A DNA stretch of 64,000 bases from Eledone cirrhosa (lineage: Eukaryota), in assembly GCA_964016885.1 (NCBI GenBank), contig OZ024758.1:39494001-39558000 (forward strand). Direction: 5' to 3'. Both the position numbers and the translations under genes were made by a program. Shown here one piece after another: positions 43,293 to 59,400 of the stretch. How positions within the stretch are numbered: the first letter of the stretch is position 1; each line of letters starts with the position of its first letter. The notes below the pieces were generated by a model that was not told the DNA's origin, searched no databases, and saw only the letters and a list, made by a program, of their open reading frames with translations.

Positions 43293-46200
43293 ATCTGACA
43301 GCTAGTACCATGACTTAAATGAATTCTCACCAACATTGGATTTCCTTCTGACAGCTAATACCATGAACTTAAATGAATTCTCACCAACAGTGGAGTTACT
43401 TCTGACAGCTAATACCATGAACTTAAATGAATTCTCACCAACAGTGGAGTTACTTCTGACAGCTAATACCATGAACTTAAATGAATTCTCACCAACAGTG
43501 GAGTTACTTCTGACAGCTAATACCATGAACTTAAATGAATTCTCACCAACATTGGAGTGACTTCTGACAGCTAATACCATGAACTTAAATGAATTCTCAC
43601 CAACAGTGGAGTTACTTCTGACAGCTAGTACCATGAACTTAAATGAATTCTCACCAACAGTGGAGTTACTTCTGACAGCTAATACCATGAACTTAAATGA
43701 ATTCTCACCAACATTGGAGTGACTTCTGACAGCTAGTACCATGAACTTAAATGAATTCTCACGAACAGTGGAGTTACTTCTGACAGCTAGTACCATGAAC
43801 TTAAATGAATTCTCACCAACAGTGGAGTTACTTCTGACAGCTAGTACCATGAACTTAAATGAATTCTCACCAACAGTGGAGTTCCTTCTGACAGCTAATA
43901 CCATGAACTTAAATGAATTCTCACCAACAGTGGAGTTACTTCTGACAGCTAGTACCATGACTTAAATGAATTCTCACCAACAATGGAGTTACTTCTGACA
44001 GCTAATACCATGACTTAAATGAATTCTCACCAACAGTGGAGTTACTTCTGACAGCTAATACCATGAACTTAAATGAATTCTCACCAACAGTGGAGTTACT
44101 TCTGACAGCTAGTACCATGAACTTAAATGAATTCTCACCAACATTGGAGTTACTTCTGACAACTAATACCATGACTTAAATGAATTCTCACCAACAGTGG
44201 AGTTACTTCTGACAACTAATACCATGAACTTAAATGAATTCTCACCAACAGTGGAGTTACTTCTGACAACTAGTACCATGAACTTAAATGAATTCTCACC
44301 AACACTGGAGTTACTTCTGACAGCTAATACCATGAACTTAAATGAATTCTCACCAACAGTGGAGTTCCTTCTGACAGCTAATACCATGAACTTAAATGAA
44401 TTCTCACCAACATTGGAGTTACTTCTGACAGCTAGTACCATGAACTTAAATGAATTCTCACCAACAGTGGAGTTACTTCTGACAGCTAATACCATGAACT
44501 TAAATGAATTCTCACCAACAGTGGCGTTCCTTCTGACAGCTAATACCATGAACTTAAATGAATTCTCACCAACAGTGGAGTTACATCTGACAGCTAGTAC
44601 CATGACTTAAATGAATTCTCACCAACATTGGAGTTCCTTCTGACAGCTAATACCATGAACTTAAATGAATTCTCACCAACAGTGGAGTTACTTCTGACAG
44701 CTAATACCATGAACTTAAATGAATTCTCACCAACAGTGGAGTTACTTCTGACAGCTAATACCATGAACTTAAATGAATTCTCACCAACAGTGGAGTTACT
44801 TCTGACAGCTAATACCATGAACTTAAATGAATTCTCACCAACATTGGAGTGACTTCTGACAGCTAATACCATGAACTTAAATGAATTCTCACCAACAGTG
44901 GAGTTACTTCTGACAGCTAGTACCATGAACTTAAATGAATTCTCACCAACAGTGGAGTTCCTTCTGACAGCTAATACCATGAACTTAAATGAATTCTCAC
45001 CAACAGTGGAGTTATTTCTGACAGCTAGTACCATGACTTAAATGAATTCTCACCAACATTGGAGTTCCTTCTGACAGCTAATACCATGAACTTAAATGAA
45101 TTCTCACCAACAGTGGAGTTACTTCTAACAGCTAATACCATGAACTTAAATGGATTCTCACCAACAGTGGAGTTACTTCTGACAGCTAATACCATGAACT
45201 TAAATGAATTCTCACCAACAGTGGAGTTACTTCTGACAGCTAATACCATGAACTTAAATGAATTCTCACCAACATTGGAGTGACTTCTGACAGCTAATAC
45301 CATGAACTTAAATGAATTCTCACCAACATTGGGGTTACTTCTGACAGCTAGTACCATGAACTTAAATGAATTCTGAGCAACAGTGGAGTGACTTCTGACA
45401 GCTAATACCATGAACTTAAATGAATTCTCACCAACAGTGGAGTTACTTCTGACAGCTAATACCATGAACTTAAATGAATTCTTACCAAAAGTGGAGTTAC
45501 TTCTGACAGCTAGTACCATGAACTTAAATGAATTCTCACCAACATTGGAGTTACTTCTGACAGCTAATACCATGACTTAAATGAATTCTCACCAACAGTG
45601 GAGTTACTTCTGACAGCTAATACCATGAACTTAAATGAATTCTCACCAACATTGGAGTGACTTCTGACAGCTAATACCATGAACTTAAATGAATTCTCAC
45701 CAACAGTGGCGTTCCTTCTGACAGCTAATACCATGAACTTAAATGAATTCTCACCAACAGTGGAGTTACTTCTGACAGCTAGTACCATGACTTAAATGAA
45801 TTCTCACCAACATTGGAGTTCCTTCTGACAGCTAATACCATGAACTTAAATGAATTCTCACCAACAGTGGAGTTACTTCTGACAGCTAATACCATGAACT
45901 TAAATGAATTCTCACCAACAGTGGAGTTACTTCTGACAGCTAATACCATGAACTTAAATGAATTCTCACCAACATTGGAGTGACTTCTGACAGCTAATAC
46001 CATGAACTTAAATGAATTCTCACCAACATTGGAGTTACTTCTGACAGCTAATACCATGAACTAAAATGAATTCTCACCAACAGTGGAGTTACTTCTGACA
46101 GCTAGTACCATGAACTTAAATGAATTCTCACCAACAGTGGAGTTACTTCTGACAGCTAATACCATGAACTTAAATGAATTCTCACCAACATTGGAGTGAC

Positions 46201-49200
46201 TTCTGACAGCTAATACCATGAACTTAAATGAATTCTCACCAACATTGGAGTGACTTCTGACAGCTAGTACCATGAACTTAAATGAATTCTCACCAACAGT
46301 GGAGTTACTTCTGACAGCTAGTACCATGAACTTAAATGAATTCTCACCAACAGTGGAGTTACTTCTGACAGCTAGTACCATGAACATAAATGAATTCTCA
46401 CCATCAGTGGAGTTCCTTCTGACAGCTAATACCATGAACTTAAATGAATTCTCACCAACAGTGGAGTTACTTCTGACAGCTAGTACCATGACTTAAATGA
46501 ATTCTCACCAACAATGGAGTTACTTCTGACAGCTAATACCATGACTTAAATGAATTCTCACCAACAGTGGAGTTACTTCTGACAGCTAATACCATGAACT
46601 TAAATGAATTCTCACCAACATTGGAGTGACTTCTGACAGCTAATACCATGAACTTAAATGAATTCTCACCAACATTGGAGTTACTTCTGACAGCTAATAC
46701 CATGACTTAAATGAATTCTCACCAACAGTGGAGTTACTTCTGACAGCTAATACCATGAACTTAAATGAATCCTCACCAACATTGGAGTTACTTCTGACAG
46801 CTAGTACCATGAACTTAAATGAATTCTCACCAACAGTGGAGTTACTTCTGACAGCTAATACCATGAACTTAAATGAATTCTCACCAACAGTGGAGTTCCT
46901 TCTGACAGCTAATACCATGAACTTAAATGAATTCTCACCAACATTGGAGTTACTTCTGACAGCTAGTACCATGACTTAAATGAATTCTCACCAACAGTGG
47001 AGTTACTTCTGACAGCTAATACCATGAACTTAAATGAATTCTCACCAACAGTGGAGTTTCTTCTGACAGCTAATACCATGAACTTAAATGAATTCTCACC
47101 AACATTGGAGTTACTTCTGACAGCTAGTACCATGACTTAAATGAATTCTCACCAACATTGGAGTTACTTCTGACAACTAATACCATGACTTAAATGAATT
47201 CTCACCAACAGTGGAGTTACTTCTGACAAACTAATACCATGAACTTAAATGAATTCTCACCAACAGTGGTGTTACTTCTGACAGCTAGTACCATGACTTA
47301 AATGAATTCTCACCAACAATGGAGTTACTTCTGACAGCTAATACCATGACTTAAATGAATTCTCACCAACAGTGGAGTTACTTCTGACAGCTAATACCAT
47401 GAACTTAAATGAATTCTTACCAAAAGTGGAGTTACTTCTGACAGCTAGTACCATGAACTTAAATGAATTCTCACCAACATTGGAGTTACTTCTGACAACT
47501 AATACCATGAACTTAAATGAATTCTCACCAACAGTGGAGTTCCTTCTGACAGCTAATACCATGAACTTAAATGAATTCTCACCAACATTGGAGTTACTTC
47601 TGACAGCTAGTACCATGAACTTAAATGAATTCTCACCAACAGTGGAGTTACTTCTGACAGCTAATACCATGAACTTAAATGAATTCTCACCAACAGTGGC
47701 GTTCCTTCTGACAGCTAATACCATGAAGTTAAATGAATTCTCACCAACAGTGGAGTTACTTCTGACAGCTAGTACCATGACTTAAATGAATTCTCACCAA
47801 CAGTGGAGTTACTTCTGACAGCTAATACCATGAACTTAAATGGATTCTCACCAACAGTGGAGTTACTTCTGACAGCTAATACCATGAACTTAAATGAATT
47901 CTCACCAACAGTGGAGTTACTTCTGACAGCTAATACCATGAACTTAAATGAATTCTCACCAACATTGGAGTGACTTCTGACAGCTAATACCATGAACTTA
48001 AATGAATTCTCACCAACATTGGAGTTACTTCTGACAACTAATACCATGACTTAAATGAATTCTCACCAACAGTGGAGTTACTTCTGACAACTAATACCAT
48101 GAACTTAAATGAATTCTCACCAACAGTGGAGTTACTTCTGACAACTAGTACCATGAACTTAAATGAATTCTCACCAACAGTGGAGTTACTTCTGACAGCT
48201 AATACCATGAACTTAAATGAATTCTCACCAACAGTGGCGTTCCTTCTGACAGCTAATACCATGAACTTAAATGAATTCTCACCAACAGTGGAGTTACATC
48301 TGACAGCTAGTACCATGACTTAAATGAATTCTCACCAACATTGGATTTCCTTCTGACAGCTAATACCATGAACTTAAATGAATTCTCACCAACAGTGGAG
48401 TTACTTCTGACAGCTAATACCATGAACTTAAATGAATTCTCACCAACAGTGGAGTTACTTCTGACAGCTAATACCATGAACTTAAATGAATTCTCACCAA
48501 CAGTGGAGTTACTTCTGACAGCTAATACCATGAACTTAAATGAATTCTCACCAACATTGGAGTGACTTCTGACAGCTAATACCATGAACTTAAATGAATT
48601 CTCACCAACAGTGGAGTTACTTCTGACAGCTAGTACCATGAACTTAAATGAATTCTCACCAACAGTGGAGTTACTTCTGACAGCTAATACCATGAACTTA
48701 AATGAATTCTCACCAACATTGGAGTGACTTCTGACAGCTAGTACCATGAACTTAAATGAATTCTCACGAACAGTGGAGTTACTTCTGACAGCTAGTACCA
48801 TGAACTTAAATGAATTCTCACCAACAGTGGAGTTACTTCTGACAGCTAGTACCATGAACTTAAATGAATTCTCACCAACAGTGGAGTTCCTTCTGACAGC
48901 TAATACCATGAACTTAAATGAATTCTCACCAACAGTGGAGTTACTTCTGACAGCTAGTACCATGACTTAAATGAATTCTCACCAACAATGGAGTTACTTC
49001 TGACAGCTAATACCATGACTTAAATGAATTCTCACCAACAGTGGAGTTACTTCTGACAGCTAATACCATGAACTTAAATGAATTCTCACCAACAGTGGAG
49101 TTACTTCTGACAGCTAGTACCATGAACTTAAATGAATTCTCACCAACATTGGAGTTACTTCTGACAACTAATACCATGACTTAAATGAATTCTCACCAAC

Positions 49201-50463
49201 AGTGGAGTTACTTCTGACAACTAATACCATGAACTTAAATGAATTCTCACCAACAGTGGAGTTACTTCTGACAACTAGTACCATGAACTTAAATGAATTC
49301 TCACCAACACTGGAGTTACTTCTGACAGCTAATACCATGAACTTAAATGAATTCTCACCAACAGTGGAGTTCCTTCTGACAGCTAATACCATGAACTTAA
49401 ATGAATTCTCACCAACATTGGAGTTACTTCTGACAGCTAGTACCATGAACTTAAATGAATTCTCACCAACAGTGGAGTTACTTCTGACAGCTAATACCAT
49501 GAACTTAAATGAATTCTCACCAACAGTGGCGTTCCTTCTGACAGCTAATACCATGAACTTAAATGAATTCTCACCAACAGTGGAGTTACATCTGACAGCT
49601 AGTACCATGACTTAAATGAATTCTCACCAACATTGGAGTTCCTTCTGACAGCTAATACCATGAGCTTAAATGAATTCTCACCAACAGTGGAGTTACTTCT
49701 GACAGCTAATACCATGAACTTAAATGAATTCTCACCAACAGTGGAGTTACTTCTGACAGCTAATACCATGAACTTAAATGAATTCTCACCAACAGTGGAG
49801 TTACTTCTGACAGCTAATACCATGAACTTAAATGAATTCTCACCAACATTGGAGTGACTTCTGACAGCTAATACCATGAACTTAAATGAATTCTCACCAA
49901 CAGTGGAGTTACTTCTGACAGCTAGTACCATGAACTTAAATGAATTCTCACCAACAGTGGAGTTCCTTCTGACAGCTAATACCATGAACTTAAATGAATT
50001 CTCACCAACAGTGGAGTTATTTCTGACAGCTAGTACCATGACTTAAATGAATTCTCACCAACATTGGAGTTCCTTCTGACAGCTAATACCATGAACTTAA
50101 ATGAATTCTCACCAACAGTGGAGTTACTTCTAACAGCTAATACCATGAACTTAAATGGATTCTCACCAACAGTGGAGTTACTTCTGACAGCTAATACCAT
50201 GAACTTAAATGAATTCTCACCAACAGTGGAGTTACTTCTGACAGCTAATACCATGAACTTAAATGAATTCTCACCAACATTGGAGTGACTTCTGACAGCT
50301 AATACCATGAACTTAAATGAATTCTCACCAACATTGGGGTTACTTCTGACAGCTAGTACCATGAACTTAAATGAATTCTGAGCAACAGTGGAGTGACTTC
50401 TGACAGCTAATACCATGAACTTAAATGAATTCTCACCAACAGTGGAGTTACTTCTGACAGCTA
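39711..50463. repeat. ~5.7-kb tandem duplication whose second copy is shorter by 537 bp and 161 bp
   Basis: Offsets step from 5703 (39861/45564, 40358/46061) to 5166 (41528/46694) to 5005 (42764/47769, 43302/48307, 44163/49168, 45025/50030). Shared private variants: TTGGATTTCC, CACGAAC, AACACTGG, GTTATTTC, TTCTAACA. Confidence 0.88.
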
Positions 50464-53400
50464 GTACCATGAACTTAAATGAATTCTCACCAACAGTGGA
50501 GTTACTTCTGACAGCTAATACCATGAACTTAAATGAATTCTCATCAACATTTGGAGTTACTTCTGACAACTAATACCATGACTTAAATGAATTCTCACCA
50601 ACAGTGGAGTTACTTCTGACAAACTAATACCATGAACTTAAATGAATTATCACCAACTGTGGAGTTACTTCTGACAGATAGTACCATGACTTAAATGAAT
50701 TCTCACCAACATTGGAGTTCCTTCTGACAGCTAATACCATGAATTTAAATGAATTCTCACCAACAGTGGAGTTACTTCTGACAGCTAGTACCATGAACTT
50801 AAATGAATTCTCACCAACAGTGGAGTGACTTCTGACAGCTAATACCATGAACTTAAATGAATTCTCCCCAACATTGGAGTGACTTCTGACAGCTAATACC
50901 ATGAACTTAAATGAATTCTCACCAACAGTGGAGTTACTTCTGACAGCTAGTACCATGAACTTAAATGAATTCTCACCAACAGTGGAGTTACTTCTGACAG
51001 CTAATACCATGAGCTTAAATGAATTCTCACCAACATTGGAGTTACTTCTGACAACTAATACCATGACTTAAATGAATTCTCACCAACAGTGGAGTTACTT
51101 CTGCCAAACTAATACCATGAACTTAAATTAATTCTCACCAACAGTGGAGTTACTTCTGACAGCTAGTACCATGAACTTAAATGAATTCTCACCAACAGTG
51201 GAGTTACTTCTGACAGCTAATACCATGAACTTAAATGAATTCTCACCAACAGTGGAGTTACTTCTGACAGCTAATATCATGAACTTAAATGAATTCTCAC
51301 CAACATTGGAGTGACTTCTGACAGCTAATACCATGAACTTAAATGAATTCTCACCAACATTGGGGTTACTTCTGACAGCAAGTACCATGAACTTAAATGA
51401 ATTCTCACCAACAGTGGAGTGACTTCTGACAGCTAATACCATGAACTTAAATGAATTCTCACCAACAGTGGAGTTACTTCTGACAGCTAGTACCATGAAC
51501 TTAAATGAATTCTCACCAACAGTGGAGTTACTTCTGACAGCTAGTACCATGAACTTAAATGAATTCTCACCAACATTGGAGTGACTTCTGACAGCTAATA
51601 CCATGAACTTAAATGAATTCTCACCAACATTGGGGTTACTTCTGACAGCAAGTACCATGAACTTAAATGAATTCTCACCAACAGTGGAGTGACTTCTGAC
51701 AGCTAATACCATGAACTTAAATGAATTCTCACCAACATTGGAGTGACTTCTGACAGCTAGTACCATGAACTTAAATGAATTCTCACCAACAGTGGAGTTA
51801 CTTCTGACAGCTAGTACCATGAACTTAAATGAATTCTCACCAACAGTGGAGTTACTTCTGACAGCTAGTACCATGAACTTAAATGAATTCTCACCAACAG
51901 TGGAGTTCCTTCTGACAGCTAATACCATGAACTTAAATGAATTCTCACCAACAGTGGAGTTACTTCTGACAGCTAGTACCATGACTTAAATGAATTCTCA
52001 CCAACAGTGGAGTTACTTCTGACAGCTAATACCATGAACTTAAATGAATTCTCACCAACAGTGGAGTTACTTCTGACAGCTAGTACCATGAACTTAAATG
52101 AATTCTCACCAACATTGGAGTTACTTCTGACAACTAATACCATGACTTAAATGAGTTCTCACCAACAGTGGAGTTACTTCTGACAACTAATACCATGAAC
52201 TTAAATGAATTCTCACCAACAGTGGAGTTCCTTCTGACAGCTAATACCATGAACTTAAATGAATTCTCACCAACAGTGGAGTTACTTCTGACAGCTAATA
52301 CCATGAACTTAAATGAATTCTCACCAACATTGGGGTTACTTCTGACAGCTAGTACCATGAACTTAAATGAATTCTCACCAACAGTGGAGTGACTTCTGAC
52401 AGCTAATACCATGAACTTAAATGAATTCTCACCAACATTGGAGTGACTTCTGACAGCTAATACCATGAACTTAAATGAATTCTCACCAACATTGGGGTTA
52501 CTTCTGACAGCTAGTACCATGAACTTAAATGAATTCTGAGCAACAGTGGAGTGACTTCTGACAGCTAATACCATGAACTTAAATGAATTCTCACCAACAT
52601 TGGAGTGACTTCTGACAGCTAATACCATGAACTTAAATGAATTCTCACCAACAGTGGAGTTACTTCTGACAGCTAGTACCATGAACTTAAATGAATTCTC
52701 ACCAACAGTGGAGTTACTTCTGACAGCTAATACCATGAACTTAAATGAATTCTCACCAACATTTGGAGTTACTTCTGACAACTAATACCATGACTTAAAT
52801 GAATTCTCACCAACAGTGGAGTTACATCTGACAAACTAATACCATGAACTTAAATGAATTCTCACCAACTGTGGAGTTACTTCTGACAGCTAGTACCATG
52901 ACTTAAATGAATTCTCACCAACATTGGAGTTCCTTCTGACAGCTAATACCATGAATTTAAATGAATTCTCACCAACAGTGGAGTTACTTCTGACAGCTAA
53001 TACCATGAACTTAAATGGATTCTCACCAACAGTGGAGTTACTTCTGACAGCTAATACCATGAACTTAAATGAATTCTCACCAACAGTGGAGTTACTTCTG
53101 ACAGCTAATACCATGAACTTAAATGAATTCTCACCAACATTGGAGTGACTTCTGACAGCTAATACCATGAACTTAAATGAATTCTCACCAACATTGGGGT
53201 TACTTCTGACAGCTAGTACCATGAACTTAAATGAATTCTCACCAACAGTGGAGTGACTTCTGACAGCTAATACCATGAACTTAAATGAATTCTCACCAAC
53301 ATTGGAGTGACTTCTGACAGCTAATACCATGAACTTAAATGAATTCTCACCAACATTGGGGTTACTTCTGACAGCAAGTACCATGAACTTAAATGAATTC

Positions 53401-56400
53401 TCACCAACAGTGGAGTGACTTCTGACAGCTAATACCATGAACTTAAATGAATTCTCACCAACATTGGAGTGACTTCTGACAGCTAGTACCATGAACTTAA
53501 ATGAATTCTCACCAACAGTGGAGTTACTTCTGACAGCTAGTACCATGAACTTAAATGAATTCTCACCAACAGTGGAGTTACTTCTGACAGCTAGTACCAT
53601 GAACTTAAATGAATTCTCACCAACAGTGGAGTTCCTTCTGACAGCTAATACCATGAACTTAAATGAATTCTCACCAACAGTGGAGTTACTTCTGACAGCT
53701 AGTACCATGACTTAAATGAATTCTCACCAACAGTGGAGTTACTTGTGACAGCTAATACCATGAACTTAAATGAATTCTCACCAACAGTGGAGTTACTTCT
53801 GACAGCTAGTACCATGAACTTAAATGAATTCTCACCAACATTGGAGTTACTTCTGACAACTAATACCATGACATTAATGAGTTCTCACCAACAGTGGAGT
53901 TACTTCTGACAACTAATACCATGAACTTAAATGAATTCTCACCAACAGTGGAGTTACTTCTGACAACTAGTACCATGAACTTAAATGAATTCTCACCAAC
54001 AGTGGAGTTACTTCTGACAGCTAATACCATGAACTTAAATGAATTCTCACCAACAGTGGAGTTCCTTCTGACAGCTAATACCATGAACTTAAATGAATTC
54101 TCACCAACAGTGGAGTTACTTCTGACAGCTAATACCATGAACTTAAATGAATTCTCACCAACATTGGGGTTACTTCTGACAGCTAGTACCATGAACTTAA
54201 ATGAATTCTCACCAACAGTGGAGTGACTTCTGACAGCTAATACCATGAACTTAAATGAATTCTCACCAACATTGGAGTGACTTCTGACAGCTAATACCAT
54301 GAACTTAAATGAATTCTCACCAACATTGGGGTTACTTCTGACAGCTAGTACCATGAACTTAAATGAATTCTGAGCAACAGTGGAGTGACTTCTGACAGCT
54401 AATACCATGAACTTAAATGAATTCTCACCAACAGTGGAGTTACTTCTGACAGCTAGTACCATGAACTTAAATTAATTCTCACCAACAGTGGAGTTACTTC
54501 TGACAGCTAATACCATGAACTTAAATGAATTCTCACCAACATTTGGAGTTACTTCTGACAACTAATACCATGACTTAAATGAATTCTCACCAACAGTGGA
54601 GTTACTTCTGACAAACTAATACCATGAACTTAAATGAATTCTCACCAACTGTGGAGTTACTTCTGACAGCTAGTACCATGACTTAAATGAATTCTCACCA
54701 ACATTGGAGTTCCTTCTGACAGCTAATACCATGAATTTAAATGAATTCTCACCAACAGTGGAGTTACTTCTGACAGCTAATACCATGAACTTAAATGGAT
54801 TCTCACCAACAGTGGAGTTACTTCTGACAGCTAATACCATGAACTTAAATGAATTCTCACCAACAGTGGAGTTACTTCTGACAGCTAATACCATGAACTT
54901 AAATAAATTCGCACCAACATTGGAGTGACTTCTGACAGCTAATACCATGAACTTAAATGAATTCTCACCAACATTGGGGTTACTTCTGACAGCTAGTACC
55001 ATGAACTTAAATGAATTCTCACCAACAGTGGAGTGACTTCTGACAGCTAATACCATGAACTTAAATGAATTCTCACCAACATTGGAGTGACTTCTGACAG
55101 CTAATACCATGAACTTAAATGAATTCTCACCAACAGTGGAGTTACTTCTGACAGCTAGTACCATGAACTTAAATGAATTCTCACCAACAGTGGAGTTACT
55201 TCTGACAGCTAATACCATGAGCTTAAATGAATTCTCACCAACATTGGAGTTACTTCTGACAACTAATACCATGACTTAAATGAATTCTCACCAACAGTGG
55301 AGTTACTTCTGACAAACTAATACCATGAACTTAAATTAATTCTCACCAACAGTGGAGTTACTTCAGACAGCTAGTACCATGAACTTAAATGAATTCTCAC
55401 CAACAGTGGAGTTACTTCTGACAGCTAATACCATGAACTTAAATGAATTCTCACCAACAGTGGAGTTACTTCTGACAGCTAATATCATGAACTTAAATGA
55501 ATTCTCATCAACATTGGAGTGACTTCTGACAGTTAATACCATGAACTTAAATGAATTCTCACCAACATTGGGGTTACTTCTGACAGCAAGTACCATGAAC
55601 TTAAATGAATTCTCACCAACAGTGGAGTGACTTCTGACAGCTAATACCATGAACTTAAATGAATTCTCACCAACAGTGGAGTTACTTCTGACAGCTAGTA
55701 CCATGAACTTAAATGAATTCTCACCAACAGTGGAGTTACTTCTGACAACTAATACCATGACTTAAATGAATTCTCACCAACAGTGGAGTTACATCTGACA
55801 AACTAATACCATGAACTTAAATGAATTCTCACCAACTGTGGAGTTACTTCTGACAGCTAGTACCATGACTTAAATGAATTCTCACCAACATTGGAGTTCC
55901 TTCTGACAGCTAATACCATGAATTTAAATGAATTCTCACCAACAGTGGAGTTACTTCTGACAGCTAATACCATGAACTTAAATGGATTCTCACCAACAGT
56001 GGAGTTACTTCTGACAGCTAATACCATGAACTTAAATGAATTCTCACCAACAGTGGAGTTACTTCTGACAGCTAATACCATGAACTTAAATGAATTCTCA
56101 CCAACATTGGAGTGACTTCTGACAGCTAATACCATGAACTTAAATGAATTCTCACCAACATTGGGGTTACTTCTGACAGCTAGTACCATGAACTTAAATG
56201 AATTCTCACCAACAGTGGAGTGACTTCTGACAGCTAATACCATGAACTTAAATGAATTCTCACCAACATTGGAGTGACTTCTGACAGCTAATACCATGAA
56301 CTTAAATGAATTCTCACCAACAGTGGAGTTACTTCTGACAGCTAGTACCATGAACTTAAATGAATTCTCACCAACATTGTAGTGACTTCTGACAGCTAAT

Positions 56401-59400
56401 ACCATGAACTTAAATGAATTCTCACCAACATTGGGGTTACTTCTGACAGCAAGTACCATGAACTTAAATGAATTCTCACCAACAGTGGAGTGACTTCTGA
56501 CAGCTAATACCATGAACTTAAATGAATTCTCACCAACATTGGAGTGACTTCTGACAGCTAGTACCATGAACTTAAATGAATTCTCACCAACAGTGGAGTT
56601 ACTTCTGACAGCTAGTACCATGAACTTAAATGAATTCTCACCAACAGTGGAGTTACTTCTGACAGCTAGTACCATGAACTTAAATGAATTCTCACCAACA
56701 TTGGAGTTACTTCTGACAACTAATACCATGACTTAAATGAGTTCTCACCAACAGTGGAGTTACTTCTGACAACTAATACCATGAACTTAAATGAATTCTC
56801 ACCAACAGTGGAGTTCCTTCTGACAGCTAATACCATGAACTTAAATGAATTCTCACCAACAGTGGAGTTACTTCTGACAGCTAATACCATGAACTTAAAT
56901 GAATTCTCACCAACATTGGGGTTACTTCTGACAGCTAGTACCATGAACTTAAATGAATTCTCACCAACATTGGAGTGACTTCTGACAGCTAATACCATGA
57001 ACTTAAATGAATTCTCACCAACAGTGGAGTTACTTCTGACAGCTAATACCATGAGCTTAAATGAATTCTCACCAACATTGGAGTTACTTCTGACAACTAA
57101 TACCATGACTTAAATGAATTCTCACCAACAGTGGAGTTACTTCTGACAAACTAATACCATGAACTTAAATTAATTCTCACCAACAGTGGAGTTACTTCAG
57201 ACAGCTAGTACCATGAACTTAAATGAATTCTCACCAACAGTGGAGTTACTTCTGACAGCTAATACCATGAACTTAAATGAATTCTCACCAACAGTGGAGT
57301 TACTTCTGACAGCTAATATCATGAACTTAAATGAATTCTCATCAACATTGGAGTGACTTCTGACAGTTAATACCATGAACTTAAATGAATTCTCACCAAC
57401 ATTGGGGTTACTTCTGACAGCAAGTACCATGAACTTAAATGAATTCTCACCAACAGTGGAGTGACTTCTGACAGCTAATACCATGAACTTAAATGAATTC
57501 TCACCAACAGTGGAGTTACTTCTGACAGCTAGTACCATGAACTTAAATGAATTCTCACCAACAGTGGAGTTACTTCTGACAACTAATACCATGACTTAAA
57601 TGAATTCTCACCAACAGTGGAGTTACATCTGACAAACTAATACCATGAACTTAAATGAATTCTCACCAACTGTGGAGTTACTTCTGACAGCTAGTACCAT
57701 GACTTAAATGAATTCTCACCAACATTGGAGTTCCTTCTGACAGCTAATACCATGAATTTAAATGAATTCTCACCAACAGTGGAGTTACTTCTGACAGCTA
57801 ATACCATGAACTTAAATGGATTCTCACCAACAGTGGAGTTACTTCTGACAGCTAATACCATGAACTTAAATGAATTCTCACCAACAGTGGAGTTACTTCT
57901 GACAGCTAATACCATGAACTTAAATGAATTCTCACCAACATTGGAGTGACTTCTGACAGCTAATACCATGAACTTAAATGAATTCTCACCAACATTGGGG
58001 TTACTTCTGACAGCTAGTACCATGAACTTAAATGAATTCTCACCAACAGTGGAGTGACTTCTGACAGCTAATACCATGAACTTAAATGAATTCTCACCAA
58101 CATTGGAGTGACTTCTGACAGCTAATACCATGAACTTAAATGAATTCTCACCAACAGTGGAGTTACTTCTGACAGCTAGTACCATGAACTTAAATGAATT
58201 CTCACCAACATTGTAGTGACTTCTGACAGCTAATACCATGAACTTAAATGAATTCTCACCAACATTGGGGTTACTTCTGACAGCAAGTACCATGAACTTA
58301 AATGAATTCTCACCAACAGTGGAGTGACTTCTGACAGCTAATACCATGAACTTAAATGAATTCTCACCAACATTGGAGTGACTTCTGACAGCTAGTACCA
58401 TGAACTTAAATGAATTCTCACCAACAGTGGAGTTACTTCTGACAGCTAGTACCATGAACTTAAATGAATTCTCACCAACAGTGGAGTTACTTCTGACAGC
58501 TAGTACCATGAACTTAAATGAATTCTCACCAACATTGGAGTTACTTCTGACAACTAATACCATGACTTAAATGAGTTCTCACCAACAGTGGAGTTACTTC
58601 TGACAACTAATACCATGAACTTAAATGAATTCTCACCAACAGTGGAGTTCCTTCTGACAGCTAATACCATGAACTTAAATGAATTCTCACCAACAGTGGA
58701 GTTACTTCTGACAGCTAATACCATGAACTTAAATGAATTCTCACCAACATTGGGGTTACTTCTGACAGCTAGTACCATGAACTTAAATGAATTCTCACCA
58801 ACAGTGGAGTGACTTCTGACAGCTAATACCATGAACTTAAATGAATTCTCACCAACATTGGAGTGACTTCTGACAGCTAATACCATGAACTTAAATGAAT
58901 TCTCACCAACATTGGGGTTACTTCTGACAGCTAGTACCATGAACTTAAATGAATTCTGAGCAACAGTGGAGTGACTTCTGACAGCTAATACCATGAACTT
59001 AAATGAATTCTCACCAACATTGGAGTGACTTCTGACAGCTAATACCATGAACTTAAATGAATTCTCACCAACAGTGGAGTTACTTCTGACAGCTAGTACC
59101 ATGAACTTAAATGAATTCTCACCAACAGTGGAGATACTTCTGACAGCTAATACCATGAACTTAAATGAATTCTCACCAACATTTGGAGTTACTTCTGACA
59201 ACTAATACCATGACTTAAATGAATTCTCACCAACAGTGGAGTTACTTCTGACAAACTAATACCATGAACTTAAATGAATTCTCACCAACTGTGGAGTTAC
59301 TTCTGACAGCTAGTACCATGACTTAAATGAATTCTCACCAACATTGGAGTTACTTCTGACAGCTAATACCATGAACTTAAATGGATTCTCACCAACAGTG

